NCBI GenBank assembly: GCA_036785375.1
Contig: JAWMAR010000001.1
Span: forward strand, 22,940,001 to 23,004,000
Reading direction: 5' to 3'
DNA: 64,000 bases
Origin: Leucoraja ocellata
Lineage: Eukaryota
How positions within the stretch are numbered: position 1 is the stretch's first letter; each line of letters opens with the position of its first letter. Below the pieces are notes generated by a model, which made no database searches, had not been told where the DNA came from, and saw nothing but the letters and a program-made list of their open reading frames with translations. The position numbers and the translations under genes are program-made. Of this stretch, positions 19,608-31,350 are shown piece by piece.

Positions 19608-22600
19608 GTTTGCAAAACATTTTCCACAAGTTTCATTTTTTCCTTACAACATGGGACTGTCTCCATTCGGCCAGGAGTTCACATCAGCTCACAGAACAAT
19701 CCATTCCCCCACCAAAGTTTCCCTGTGACCCATTCTGTACCTGCACTCACTGGAGTTTAGATGGATGAGGGGGGACCGCATTGAAACTTACCGAATAGTG
19801 AAAGGCCTGGATAGAGTGGATATGGACAGTTTGCAAAAGTCTAGGACCAGAGGCCATAGCCTCAGAATAATAGGATGCACCGTTAGAAAGGAGAATGAGA
19901 GGGGATTTCTTTAGTCAGAGGGTGGTGAATCTGTGTAGTTCATTGCCACAGAAGGCTGTGGAGGCCAAGTCAATGGATATTCTTAAGGGGGAGATTGACA
20001 GATTTTTTTTTATTAGAACGGGTGTCAGGGGTTATGAGGTGAAGGCAGGGGAATGGGGGTTAGAAGGAAAGATCGATCAGCCATGATTGAATGGTGGAGT
20101 GCCACTGTCAAACGCCTCAATGGTCCATGGGCTATCCGGTGAATGGAGACCAGGCAATGCAGGGCGATCATCCTTGCGCCCAGTTTTGGAGGGGATGGGA
20201 GTGGCAACTTCTATTACTAGTGACATAAATGGTAGAGATGTGATCAGATGGAGGAGAAATCGATGTTTCAGATCTCCATGTCGTTACAAGCTCTTAAAAA
20301 TAAATTGAAGATATCTTTTTCTCCGCCCACCCTCGTTACATTTGAGAGCAAGAGCACGCTATACAGGTCATAAACCTGCCCCACCATTCAGCAAATTCAA
20401 AGCAAACCCTCCATATAAAATCCATCTTCCTTTGCTACCCGCACACCCGTCAACTTGATCAGTAGTACAGGTGTCAGGGGCTATGGGGAGAAGGCAGGAG
20501 AATTGGGTTGAGAGGGAAAGATAGATCAACCATGATTGAATGGTGGAGTAGACTTGATGGGCCAAACGGCCTAATTCTGTTCCTCCAACTTGAATTCCAT
20601 TGAATATTTCAGCATAATCCTTGTATAGTCTTAGATTAGTCTAATTTTCAGACACCTGCTTTTCTACAATCTACAACGCCAGACAGCGGTGCGATTTCCC
20701 CCTTCATTGTCGTCCAGTCCTATTTTAGCAGGGCTCCACAATGCCACACTTGGCGAGATGCTGCCTTGGTTTCTCTCCGGGCAGAAACTTTCACCTCAGG
20801 AATTTACTCTCTGTGGTTCATATTAGTCAAAGCTACATTCTTTGTAGGAAGGAACTGCAGATGCTGGTTTAAACCGAAGATAGGTACTTGATTGTCAAGT
20901 GTCAAAGGTTACGAGGAGAAGTCTGACTCGCTGAGTTGTTCAGGCTTTTTCTGACCAAAATGTTAGCGTGTTTCAGTGGGAGCAGAAGGTTGAGATGGAA
21001 CTCGTTATTTTGGCTAATAATGGCCGCTTGTGTGCGCTAATCTGCCAACGTGATTGATGGAGACATCAGTGAAGCCTCCTCCCATTAGCTTTGGATTGTC
21101 CACCATATGATTGCACGTGGCGGTACAGCTGGATTCAGCGGTACTCCTTTAGCCGAGGTTAACACTGCATTAGCACACATTGTCCATGCTATCCCCCAGT
21201 TCAACGACTTGTTTTTAGATTGTTCTGCATCTTCGACAGCTGGACCCTCGGTTTGATGGTGAGAGGTTCGCTGAGGCCACGAGGTTGCACGTTACTACGA
21301 CTAAAATGTTTCGTAGACTCTTCTTGCACTCTGCAATCTTGAAGCAGAGTGAATGAAGTCCGCCTTTTCCTGCCTTCCGGGACAGGGAGACAATAGTCAG
21401 AGCCAAGCAAAAGGTTAGCAGGAAGCCAGGACAAAGGTGCCCAAGAACACCAAACTGGGTCCCTAAGCACCGAGCACCTGGCCTCAGCCACTTTATAGCT
21501 TGAATAACAAATCAGCTGACACAAGGGTTATATGGCCCATACTGAGATAACATTGAACTGAAGCTATAGATTTATCTGCAACAATGGATTCCAAAAAGCC
21601 AGTGGTAGCAAATCAACCCTTCCCATCAGCGACTCTGCCCAGCCAGATTGGCACAGGACAGCACACCCTGCTCACCTTAGCTTTTCGACTTGGTTCACAG
21701 CTTATCCCGTTGGTGGTGTTGTGCAGCTCCTTGGAAACGACGCATAGAAACTCCGCTTGGTCTTCATTTCCGTAGTTGTAGGAAGATCCAATGCTGATCA
21801 ACTGCAAAAAGTACAGAATGCATTTATACAGTGCAGGGAGGAACTCCAGATACTGGTTTACACCGAGACACAAAATTCTTGTATCCATTGGAATTTAGAC
21901 CGGCATGCACTGGAATTTAGGCCGGCATGCACTGGAATTTAGGCCGGCATGCACTGGAATTTAGGCCGGCATGCACTGGAATTTAGACCGGCATGCACTG
22001 GAATTTAGACCGGCATGCACTGGAATTTAGACCGGCATGCACTGGAATTTAGACCGGCATGCACTGGAATTTAGACCGGCATGCACTGGAATTTAGACCG
22101 GCATGCACTGGAATTTAGACCGGCATGCACTGGAATTTAGACCGGCATGCACTGGAATTTAGACCGGCATGCACTGGAATTTAGACCGGCATGCACTGGA
22201 ATCTAGACCGGCATGCACTGGAATCTAGACCGGCATGTACAGGAATCTAGACCGGCATGTACAGGAATCTAGACCGGCATGCACTGGAAGTTAGAAAGAT
22301 AAGAAGAGATTTTATAGAAACATATAAAATTCTTAAAGGATTGGACAGGCTAGGTGCAGGAAAAATGTTCCCCATGTTGGGGGAATCCAACATCCAGCGG
22401 TCACAGTTTAAGAATAAGGGGTAGGCCATTTTGGGCTGAGTTGAGGAAAAACTTTTTCACCCAGAGAGTTGTGGAATTCTCTGCCACAGCGGAGGCCAAT
22501 TCACTGGATGTTTTCAAGAGAGAGTTAGATTTAGCTCTTAGGGCTAAAGGAAGCCCCCCGATTCTCTTTGAGTTTCTTGTGCCCATGCCCGAGTGTGCAC

Positions 22601-25600
22601 GTGTGTGTTGACGGGTGGGGATGGGTTAAAGACGGTAACACGGAGGTTCAGCACCTTTCAAAGGGTCACCATAAAAGGAAGGTTTCCATTGTGTTACATT
22701 GAGTTAAAACTCTCACCTGTTCAAATTTCCAGCCATCAGACATAGTAGAAACCATTTGTGTAAGCTCTTCCTCCTGACACTGGAGAACTCGGTAAACATG
22801 TTTCGTAGGAATCTGCAGAGACATGACCACATACTTGTAATTAATTCCTTTCATTCAACCCCAGCAAATGTCTGTCCGGATTAAAGGCGGGCCGGTCTAC
22901 CAGTTGCCATAGAATCATAGAAAATGGGTGCAGGAGTAGGCCATTCAGCCCTTCGAGCGTGCACCGCCATTCAATATGATCATGGCTGATCATCCAACTC
23001 AGTATCCCGTACCTGCCTTCTCTCCATATCCCCTGATCCCGCTAGCCACAAGGGCCACATCTAACTCCCTCTTAAATATAGCCAATGAACTGGCCTGTAA
23101 ATCAGTGGTGGAGCTGTATATATTTACCAACATGTTAAATATATACATGCATAACAGCAGTTGATCTCATACATGAGCCAAGCCCCTCTGATCGCTCTGC
23201 CAGAGTTTTACGAGGCAATACTGTAAAACTCCTTCCATAAGCTAGGGCACCGTTCGATTTGCATCTACCCCATTGTGGACATTAGTCTTTTTCTATGAAA
23301 CTGATGCACAACAATGCTGAGAACTATGTTCTGCACACTGTACATATCCTCCTTTGATCTATCCAATGTACTAGAGCTTGACTTGATTGTACATACATAT
23401 GGCCTATCTGATCGGCTTGACTAGAATGCAAAACAATAGGAGATGCAGGAACCGCAGCGGGTCAGGCAGCATTTTCATTTCATTCTCTGCCTCAGTGGAG
23501 GTAGTTTCTCCAGATGCTTTCAAGAGAGAGCTAGATAGGGCTCTTAGAAATAACGGAGTCAGGGGATATGGGGAGAAGGCAGGAACGGGGTACTGATTGG
23601 GATTGAATGGCAGTGCTGGCTCGAAGGGCCAAATTGCCTACTCCTGCATCTATTGTCTATCTCTGGAGAACATGGAGAGGCGACGTTTCAGGTCAGGACC
23701 CTTCTTCAGACTCTTAACCTTTTGGGTCAGGATCCTTCTTCAGATACACGCGACAATAGTAAACCTAAACCAATTTTGTTCGGAGGGCAAGAGCAGAGGT
23801 GGTCACCAGTGCATCCACTCCCTTTCCTTACCTGTGTGGGTTTGCAATCTCGCTCTTTGATCTTCTCTTTCACTAATTTAATGAGAGGTGCAATGTTGTA
23901 AAACTCTGCTTCTTCTAGAACTCCTGCAACACAGAAACATTCCATCACTATGGACTCACACCCAAGTCATGTCCACGCAATTTGGTGTTACTCTGCAGGC
24001 TTCACAAGACACTCATGGCCCATTGAGATATCCTTTTCCAAAACTAGGCCAGTTATAGTTTTAACATTGGTCTTCCTGTGACTCCCATCCCCAACTTCCT
24101 CATTAAGTTAGAACGCAGAGCGCCATTCCATTTCACACAAGTGCAGTTGTATACCCTCCTAGACCACATTTGCATTATTCACCTTCCCTTTGAATGCATC
24201 CATTCGCCACCATAACCTCTTCTGTAATTTTAACCATTCCAATGGTAGGGAAATGTTTTCCTGAATTCCTTTATTTTTTAGCTTAGTGCCAAGAACAAAA
24301 AGAGGGGCCCATTGTGGAGAGGGCTACCGAGATCAAAGAGGGAGCTGGCGTTGGGGGACTGGTAAGAACAAAGAGGGACCCGGTGTGGAGGGGGCTACCG
24401 GGAACAAAGAGAGACCCCATGTGGGGGGGGGGGTGGGGGGGGGGGGGGGGGGGCACCAGGTACGAAGGGAAGCAATTGGAACTACGTCGATCATTTTGTA
24501 ATTTTGTCGATATCCTATTCGTGGTAACTCTTTGCACATGGTATGCAAAGCAAAGAATTTAATTGTAAACATGTCACATGTGATACGTTTTCATTCATAA
24601 ATCCTCCCTCAAATGACTATCAATCATCTCCTCGTTCAACTCTAACTCGAGCAAGCATTTGCAGTGGGAGTACTTTGAACTAGTGAATATTCACAGGGAA
24701 GGGCATTTCAAACGTGTATTTACAGGGGGCATCTTGAACCCAAATATTTACAGGGGGTTGCCTTGAACTTGAGAGTATTTCCGGGGGGGGGGGGGGGGGG
24801 GGGGCACCTAGTGAATGCCTGTATTTACAAGGAGAGTCTTAAACATCAGTATTTATTGGGGAGGGCACCTTTAACTTGACAGTATTTGCAGGAGGGGCAC
24901 TGTGAACCTGTTGGTGTTTACGGTGGGGGGGGGTCCACCATAAATTTGTCCGCATTTACAGTGGGTGACACCTTGAATTTGTCGTTATTTACATGTCTCC
25001 GTGAAGATTTTGTACACCGAGTAGGTGTTGAAAAAATTTAAGATAGTTGAGATTATATGAAGCGCAGAAGATATCCACGGTTCATTGGATGGTTCAACAT
25101 AATCCGAGATTATTCCATTTCAGTTAAAAACTGGATAGACATGTGCATTATGATAGAACTGGGGTTGCAAAAATTTTTAAGATCCATATCTGTAACATAG
25201 CAAAACAAAACAATGCAACTTTCATTTCCAAAATGCATCAACTTACATGTTAAATCAATGAGCAGTAGACTTGTGCTCTTCAGTGCATGTTGCCAAGATG
25301 GGTAGATTGGGTCAGGATGCAGGAACCTCTCACTGAACAGTGGAGCAACCAATTCCTATGCTCCAAAGTGACAATGAAAGAACTGAACAACTCACCTTCC
25401 TCTGCCAGTTCCTTGTTGACGACAAGTTTGCCATGTCGGAGATAATTCAATATTGGTCCAAAATAGGTGGGATCCCGGTCAATCAGGTAGGCCCCCGTCT
25501 CGTCCTGAGGAATAAAGTCAAGGCTTTAATATTTTTGAATCCGCAATCCAACAAAAAGATGGACCACGTGTAGGAAGGAACGGCAATTAGAGTTATAAAG

Positions 25601-28600
25601 TCTTACTGTTGTGGAAACAGCCACAACTTGCCCACACCGGACAACATGTTCCATCCATACTAGTCCCACCTGCCTGTGCTTGGCCCATATCCTTACAAAC
25701 CTGTCCTATCCACGTACCTGTCTCAATGTTCCTTAAATGTTGCAAATTGTTAACTGTCCCGAGTGTGTAGGATAGTGATAGCGTATGGGGTGATCGTTGG
25801 TTAGCGCGGACTCGGTGGGCTGAAGGGCCCGTTTCCGAGCTGTATCCCTAAAGCCTAAAGTCAAATGGTAGTGTTTGTTCTGCGCCACATAGGAGCATTT
25901 AAAATATCGGATGATCTTCGGGAGCATTGGACCCGCATCTATCTTGTTTATTTTCGTAATGCTCCTGCCTCGCTTTACTGTTTTGATATTCAACATTTAT
26001 TTCCCCTCTTGACCCTTTCCCACCTACATGTGTGGCTTTCCACTAATCCAAAACAAACACTGTACCCACACCCCAGTGCTTGAAAATGAATACACTTCCA
26101 TTGCAGGTCAGACATTCTCGAAACAGATAAATGATAGAGAAGATAGATGCAAAATGCTGGAGATCAGCACATCACAGCAACCCATTCTTGGAGGAGGAGC
26201 CTAGGCCTCCTCCACTGTCAGAGCAAGGCCACATGCAAATTGGAGGAACAGCACCTCATATTTCACTTGGGCAGCTTACAACCCGGCAGTATGAATATTG
26301 TTTTCTCCAATTCCAAATAACCCCTTGCTTCCCCACATCTCCCCGTCCCTTCCCCATCCTAGTCATCCTGCTAACTTCACTGAAGGTAGACACAAAATGC
26401 TGGAGTAACTCAGCGAGCCAGTCAGCATCTCCGGAGAGAAGGATTGGGTGACGTTTCGGGTTGAGACCTTTCCTCAGACTGCAGTTTCGACTCAAAACTT
26501 CACCCATTCCTTCTCTCCAGGGATGCTGTCTGTCCCGCTGAGTTACTCCAGCATTTTGTGTCTATCTTCAGTGTAAACCAGCACATGCAGTTCCTTCCTA
26601 CACGTGAATGATCGAGAAAATACAGGTGGAGTACAGTTCTTGACAGCGAGGAGAATTAATCACACCCGAGAGATGGCTGGAACACCAGCAACAGTAATTG
26701 ATACAGGAACAACATATTCACAAAGGAATAGTGGAGGAATTGCAAGAGTTCCAGGAAACTAAATGATCAAAAGAACAAGTGACAGATAAATCCTTAGGAG
26801 ACGCTGCAGCAGGGCAGTAACTAACAAAGCAATATTAGAATAAATCACAGTCCACATAAACAGCATTGTCTACCAAGTCAACAACTATAATTCTCTTGAC
26901 AAATTGATTGGTCTAACCCAGGATTGTAGATTAAATACCCCTACCAAGAAAAGAGATCTTTATCTTAGTGCCCAATCTAGGACAAGCTTGACAGCATGTC
27001 ATACTCCAATAGCAATCAAGAGCATTGTGTAGGAACGAACTGCAGATGCTGGTTTTCTCCGAAGATTGACACAAAATGCTGGGGTAACTCAGCGGGTCAG
27101 GCAGCATTGCCTTCACACCCCACACCCATTCAGTCTCATCTCGGGGGGGAAATGGAGGAGGACTGGCCAAATTTTGTGCCTTCCACCACAGCGATGAATG
27201 CTGTGGTAGATGTTTGTGTTAAATTTTGATTGTGTTTTTGTGTGTTCTTTTTCATTTTACCACTGCTGGCAAATTCATTTCATTTGCACTTTATGTGCAA
27301 GTGACAAATAAAACTGATTGTATTGTATTGTAAGCCGGATCCATGCCCCCTACAACTCCATCCACCCCTCATTTTCCCCAACCACCATGCCTCTTCAATC
27401 CCCAGCCCACCTAGTCTGTGTCTTCTCACCCCATCACAACCTGCATTTGTCCCTCAGTTCAATCATTAACATCAAGTCGGGCTTTATGCCCCCAATACCC
27501 CCCCCCCCGTACCTTCTGAATTTGTAGTTGGCAGGGCAATACTCTGTATATCGCCAACTTGGATGTGTTGTGCATATTAACCTGCTGTTAGTGCCCCCTT
27601 AAAACTGTATAGTGAAGGTGATTTGACTATATTGTTGTCTAGTTCATTCCATTCCCATAAGGTTCTTACAAAGAATGAGTTCTTATAAATATCTGTCCTG
27701 GCAAATGGGGTTTCTATTTGCATATCATTTCTCTTTCTTGTTCTGCTTTCTGTTGAGTATGTTATGTATCTATCTGCAGTTTTGCCCAGTACCTTCACAC
27801 CCCTCACCTATTCAGCCATGCACGACCTAAATTTGCCCCCAGTTCAAACTTTGACAAGCTGGGCCCATGCCCCCATTCTTCCCCAACCACCATGCCACTT
27901 CAATCCCTATACATTATTGTGTGTATGTACAACGATATATATAACCTATACAATAGACAATTGACAGTAGACAATAGGTGCTGGAGTAGGCCATTCAGCC
28001 TTTCGAGCCATCACCACCATTCAATGTGATCATGGCTGATCATCCCCAATCAGTACCCCGTTCCTGCCTTCTCCCCATATCCCCTGACTCTGCTATCTTT
28101 AAGAGCCCTATCTAGCTCCCTCTTGAAAGCATCCAGAGAACCCGCCTCCACCGCCCTCCGAGGCAGATAATTCCACTCACCATAATAATAGCATTGGCTA
28201 TATATATGTAAAATAGTGCAATAATAACAAAAAATAGCCTATGTAGCTCAGAGTTAGTCTGATGTTGTAGTGTTTAACAGCCTGATGGCTGTGCAGGAAT
28301 TAAATTCACCTGCATTTGCCCCTCAGTTCAAACCTTGCCAACCAGGCAGGACCATGTACCCAGGGTTTACCCCAATCACCAGACCTCTCCTCTACCCCTC
28401 TCCCCATTAACCCAGCCCCCCCTTAGGCCGGGCCTTCACACCCCGACCCTCCTCTGTCCTCACCGCCCCCCCAAGTCCCGGCCACCGGGCCCAGACCGCT
28501 TTGCTCACCCGGTCGGACAGCAGCTCGCCCTCCTCCTGGCACAGGCGGTAGAGGAAGGACTTCTCCTCGCGGCACAGGGTCTGCCGGGTTGTGAGGAAGT

Positions 28601-28658
28601 GCGTGCCGCCGACATTGAGCCGAACCCACTTGTTATTCGGCTCCTTCCCCTCCGCCAT
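16203..28658 (-). CDS. KCTD17: BTB/POZ domain protein KCTD17 (CUL3 adaptor), 200-aa isoform
   Basis: Exons 28658-28509, 25504-25396, 23923-23832, 22812-22717, 21801-21676, 16232-16203 = 603 nt. [29 protein letters not shown] is KCTD17-type; adjacency to TMPRSS6 favours KCTD17 over KCTD2/5. Confidence 0.9.
21676..21801 (-). CDS. KCTD17: KCTD17 exon 5 ([42 protein letters not shown])
   Basis: ttgcag|, |gtgagc, 126 bp. Confidence 0.93.
21890..22288. repeat. 22-bp minisatellite (TGGAATTTAGACCGGCATGCAC) x ~18 in KCTD17 intron 4
   Basis: Direct periodicity of 22, near-perfect copies. Confidence 0.95.
22717..22812 (-). CDS. KCTD17: KCTD17 exon 4 ([32 protein letters not shown])
   Basis: ctgcag|, |gtgaga, 96 bp. 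Confidence 0.93.
23832..23923 (-). CDS. KCTD17: KCTD17 exon 3 ([31 protein letters not shown])
   Basis: ttgcag|, |gtaagg, 92 bp. Confidence 0.93.
24655..24995. repeat. Degenerate ~30-35-bp tandem repeat (GTATTTACAGGGGG..CTTGAAC) in KCTD17 intron 2
   Basis: About 10 recurring ATTT(A/G)CAG-Gn-..TTGAA units. Confidence 0.65.
25396..25504 (-). CDS. KCTD17: KCTD17 exon 2 ([36 protein letters not shown])
   Basis: ctcag|, |gtgagt, 109 bp. Confidence 0.93.
26205..26330 (+). mobile_element. Penelope-like element GIY-YIG C-terminal remnant (also ~13530-13615 +, 29520-29700 -)
   Basis: Translates ..[21 protein letters not shown].. and abuts the hammerhead-bearing arms. Confidence 0.7.
27530..27790 (-). 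mobile_element. AT-rich CR1-group LINE 3' fragment from a different family
   Basis: TR......[33 protein letters not shown]2 terminus. Confidence 0.65.
28509..28658 (-). CDS. KCTD17: KCTD17 exon 1 ([18 protein letters not shown]...LLSDR)
   Basis: AAGATGG Kozak context, |gtgagc donor. Confidence 0.9.
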
Positions 28659-28933
28659 CTTCAGCTGCCGTCGCGTCGCGTCTCCTCCTCCCCCCCCTGG
28701 CGGCGCGTCGACGTCATCTTTCCCCCGCCCCCCTCCCGTTGAATGACGTCGGCCCCGCGCCAATCGGGTCGCGCAGTCGCTAAGAGCCCACCCCCCCTCT
28801 CGCTGATTGGCAGCCCGCCCCGCCCATCGCAACGCGGCAGCCGATTGCCCCGCCCCCTGGCGTTGATGGACGTCAGACCCCGCCAATCGGGGCGCGCTTG
28901 CGATCTTTGCTTGCGACAGACATGTAACTCGCC

Positions 28934-29230
28934 CCGCCCCCCTCGCTTCACGTCGCCCTCAGCTTTCGCCCCTCTAGCGTCTCGTCGCCGTCAGATTCCG
29001 CCCCCCTCGCGTCACGTCGCCGTCAGCTGCCGCCCCCCCGCGTCACGTTGCCGTCAACTTCCGCCCCCCTCGCGTCACGTCGCCCTCAGCTTCCGCCCCC
29101 CTCGCGTCTCGTCGCCGTCAGATTCCGCCCCCCTCGCGTCACGTCGCCGTCAGCTGCCGCCCCCCCGCGTCACGTTGCCGTCAACTTCCGCCCCGCTAGC
29201 GTCACGTCGCCGTCAGCTTCCGCCCCCCTC
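28934..29230. repeat. 32-bp GC-rich minisatellite x ~9.3 with a 4-unit (127-bp) higher-order repeat, upstream of KCTD17
   Basis: Unit CCGCCCCCCTCGCGTCACGTCGCCGTCAGCTT; the variant pattern of units 1-4 recurs in units 5-8. Confidence 0.92.
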
Positions 29231-31036
29231 TCAAGCCGAGAGAGGGAAAGCAACAGGGTTACTTCAAGTTAGAGGAGTCAATGTTCATAAGAAAGACACA
29301 ACAAGCTGGAGTAAGCTGAATGTTTAATGTATCATTCTTAACTGTCGCTGTATTGTCATGTTGTCACTTGTGGGCGGAGCACCAAGGCAAATTCATTGTA
29401 TGTGAATACTTGGCCAATTAACTTAAATTTAAACTTAAAACTTAACTCAGCGGGACAGGCAGCATCTCTGGAGAGAAGGAATAGGTGACCTTTCGGTTCG
29501 AGACCCTTCTACAGACTGAGTCAATGTTCATGCAGCTGCCCAAGTGAATTACGAGGTGCTGCTCCTCCAATTTACGCTGGGCCTCACTCACTCTGACAGT
29601 GGAGGAGGCCCAGGATAGAAAGGCCAGTGTGGGAATGGGAGGGCGAGTTAAAGTGTCTGGCAACCGGGAGATCACGTAGAGCTGAGGTGTTCGGCGAAAC
29701 TATCGCTGAGCTTGAGCTTGAGCTTGGTCTCGCTGATATATTGGTGTCCACACCTGGGACAGTACAGGTGTCGAGTCTTTAAACTCCTGCTGAGATTGGG
29801 GTCCAATCAGTCGTCATACTGTTTCAAAGCAGACACACAACTCTCCTATTCAAGTCAAGTCAAGTCTATTTGTCACATACACATACGAGATGTGCAGTGA
29901 AATGAAAGTGGCAATGCTCGCGGACTTTTGTGCAAAAGACAAACAACAAAACAACCAAACAAATTATAAACACAATCATAACACACATATTCTTTTACAT
30001 AATAAATAATAGAAGGAAAAACGTTCTGTAGAGTTAGTCCCTGGTGAGAAAGGCGTTTACAGTCCAATAGGATCACACGATGTACACACACACAGATAAT
30101 ACATCATTGAATGATACATCAACATCATTGATGTTCAATGATATACAAGACTGCCCCCAACTGTGATTTTTTTAGGTACACAAAAAAGCTGGAGAAACTC
30201 AGCGGGTGCAGCTGCACCCGCTGAGTTTCTCCAGCTTTTTTGTGTACCTTCGATTCTCCAGCATCTGCAGTTCCTTCTTAAACACTGTGATTTTTTTAAA
30301 CAGGTTGGACAAGGTTCCATTCAAAGAAACATAGAAAATAGGCGCAGGGGGAGGCCATTCGGCCCTTCGAGCCAGCACCGCCATTCATTGTGATCATGGA
30401 TGATCGTCCCCTATTAATAACCTGTGCCTGCCTTCTCCCCATATCCCTTGACTCCACTGGCCCCTAGAGCTCTATCTAACTCTCTTAAATCCATCCAGTG
30501 ACTTGGCCTCCACTGCCCTCTGTGGCAGGGAATTCCACAAATTCACAACTCTCTGTGTGAAAAAGTTTTTACTTACCTCAGTCTTAAATGACCTCCCCTT
30601 TATTCTAAGACTGTGGCCCCTGGTTCTGGACTCGCCCCACATTGGGAACATTTTTCCTGCATTCAGATTCCGGTTAGTTTATTGTCATGTATCCCTGTGT
30701 GCAATGAAAGTCCTTGCTTTGTATGAAGCTGCAGTGTAAGCAGCATACATGATAAGACACAAAGTACTAGGTCGATTTTAGTTTTAGCTTTGGAGATACA
30801 GCACGGAAACAGGCCCTTCGGCCCACCGGGAACGTGCCGACCAGCGATCCCCGCTAACTATCCTACACCCACTAAGGACAATTAAAAAAAAACATTTACC
30901 AAGCCAATTAACCTACAAACCTGCACCTCTTTGGAATGTGGGAGGAAACCGAAGATCTCTGAAGACCTGTAATCCGGATCCTCGGCGCTGCATTTGCTGT
31001 AAGGCAGCAACTCCACCGTAACTGCTTGTATCAGGT

Positions 31037-31350
31037 TTACACCGACTCCAAAGATTGGTCGTAAAAGTCCCAGAATGTCTCGTCCTTTTTCTCATCCCGA
31101 CCAGCTGTGGTTTTGTGTTCCTCTCCGCGCTCCAGAAACTCTGGGTTAGCGTCTGGCCTGTTGGTCTTCGGGACCGTTGTCGGTGGCTCTGCAGCGGCTT
31201 TCTTCCGTTGACCTGGCTGCTCCGTGCCTGCCTTCACGCGGGGCTTGCTGAGCTGGGGCCAAGCCCGGGCGTACTTGGTCTGCTCCTCCACGTAAAGCTG
31301 GAGGTTTCTTGACAACCTCTGGCGGGCCGGCGGCGTGTCGCTCCGGGCAC
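31037..31350 (-). CDS. Orphan coding-like exon (~104 aa, ends DETFWDFYDQSLESV*), candidate alternative last exon of TEX33
   Basis: ttctgctgtttcaag| phase-1 acceptor; unique GC-rich open frame flanked by repeats. Confidence 0.5.

Larger units (their letters stand above)
28420..29235 (-). promoter_or_regulatory. CpG-island promoter of KCTD17 with CCAAT boxes, CRE-like GACGTC sites and GC boxes
   Basis: Very high CpG density; CCAAT/ATTGG near 28759, 28806, 28883; GACGTC near 28710, 28745, 28869; many CCGCCC. Confidence 0.85.

Noticed and set aside
21201-21400. Possible extra KCTD17 exon just after exon 5
   Set aside because: Two frames are open, but there is no convincing acceptor/homology combination; left uncalled.
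24423-24804. Long poly-G/C runs (also 328, 12228, 33678, 44867, 48112) as functional G-quadruplexes
   Set aside because: Scattered homopolymers with no positional pattern; lengths are unreliable in assemblies.
28659-28886. Longer KCTD17 N-terminus suggested by the ORF track
   Set aside because: Starts at a non-ATG codon and runs through CCAAT/GC-box promoter sequence; the ATG at 28658 has a good Kozak context.
28743-29327. 194-aa Pro/Arg-rich ORF on + strand
   Set aside because: Translation of the GC-rich promoter minisatellite; no stops expected by composition.
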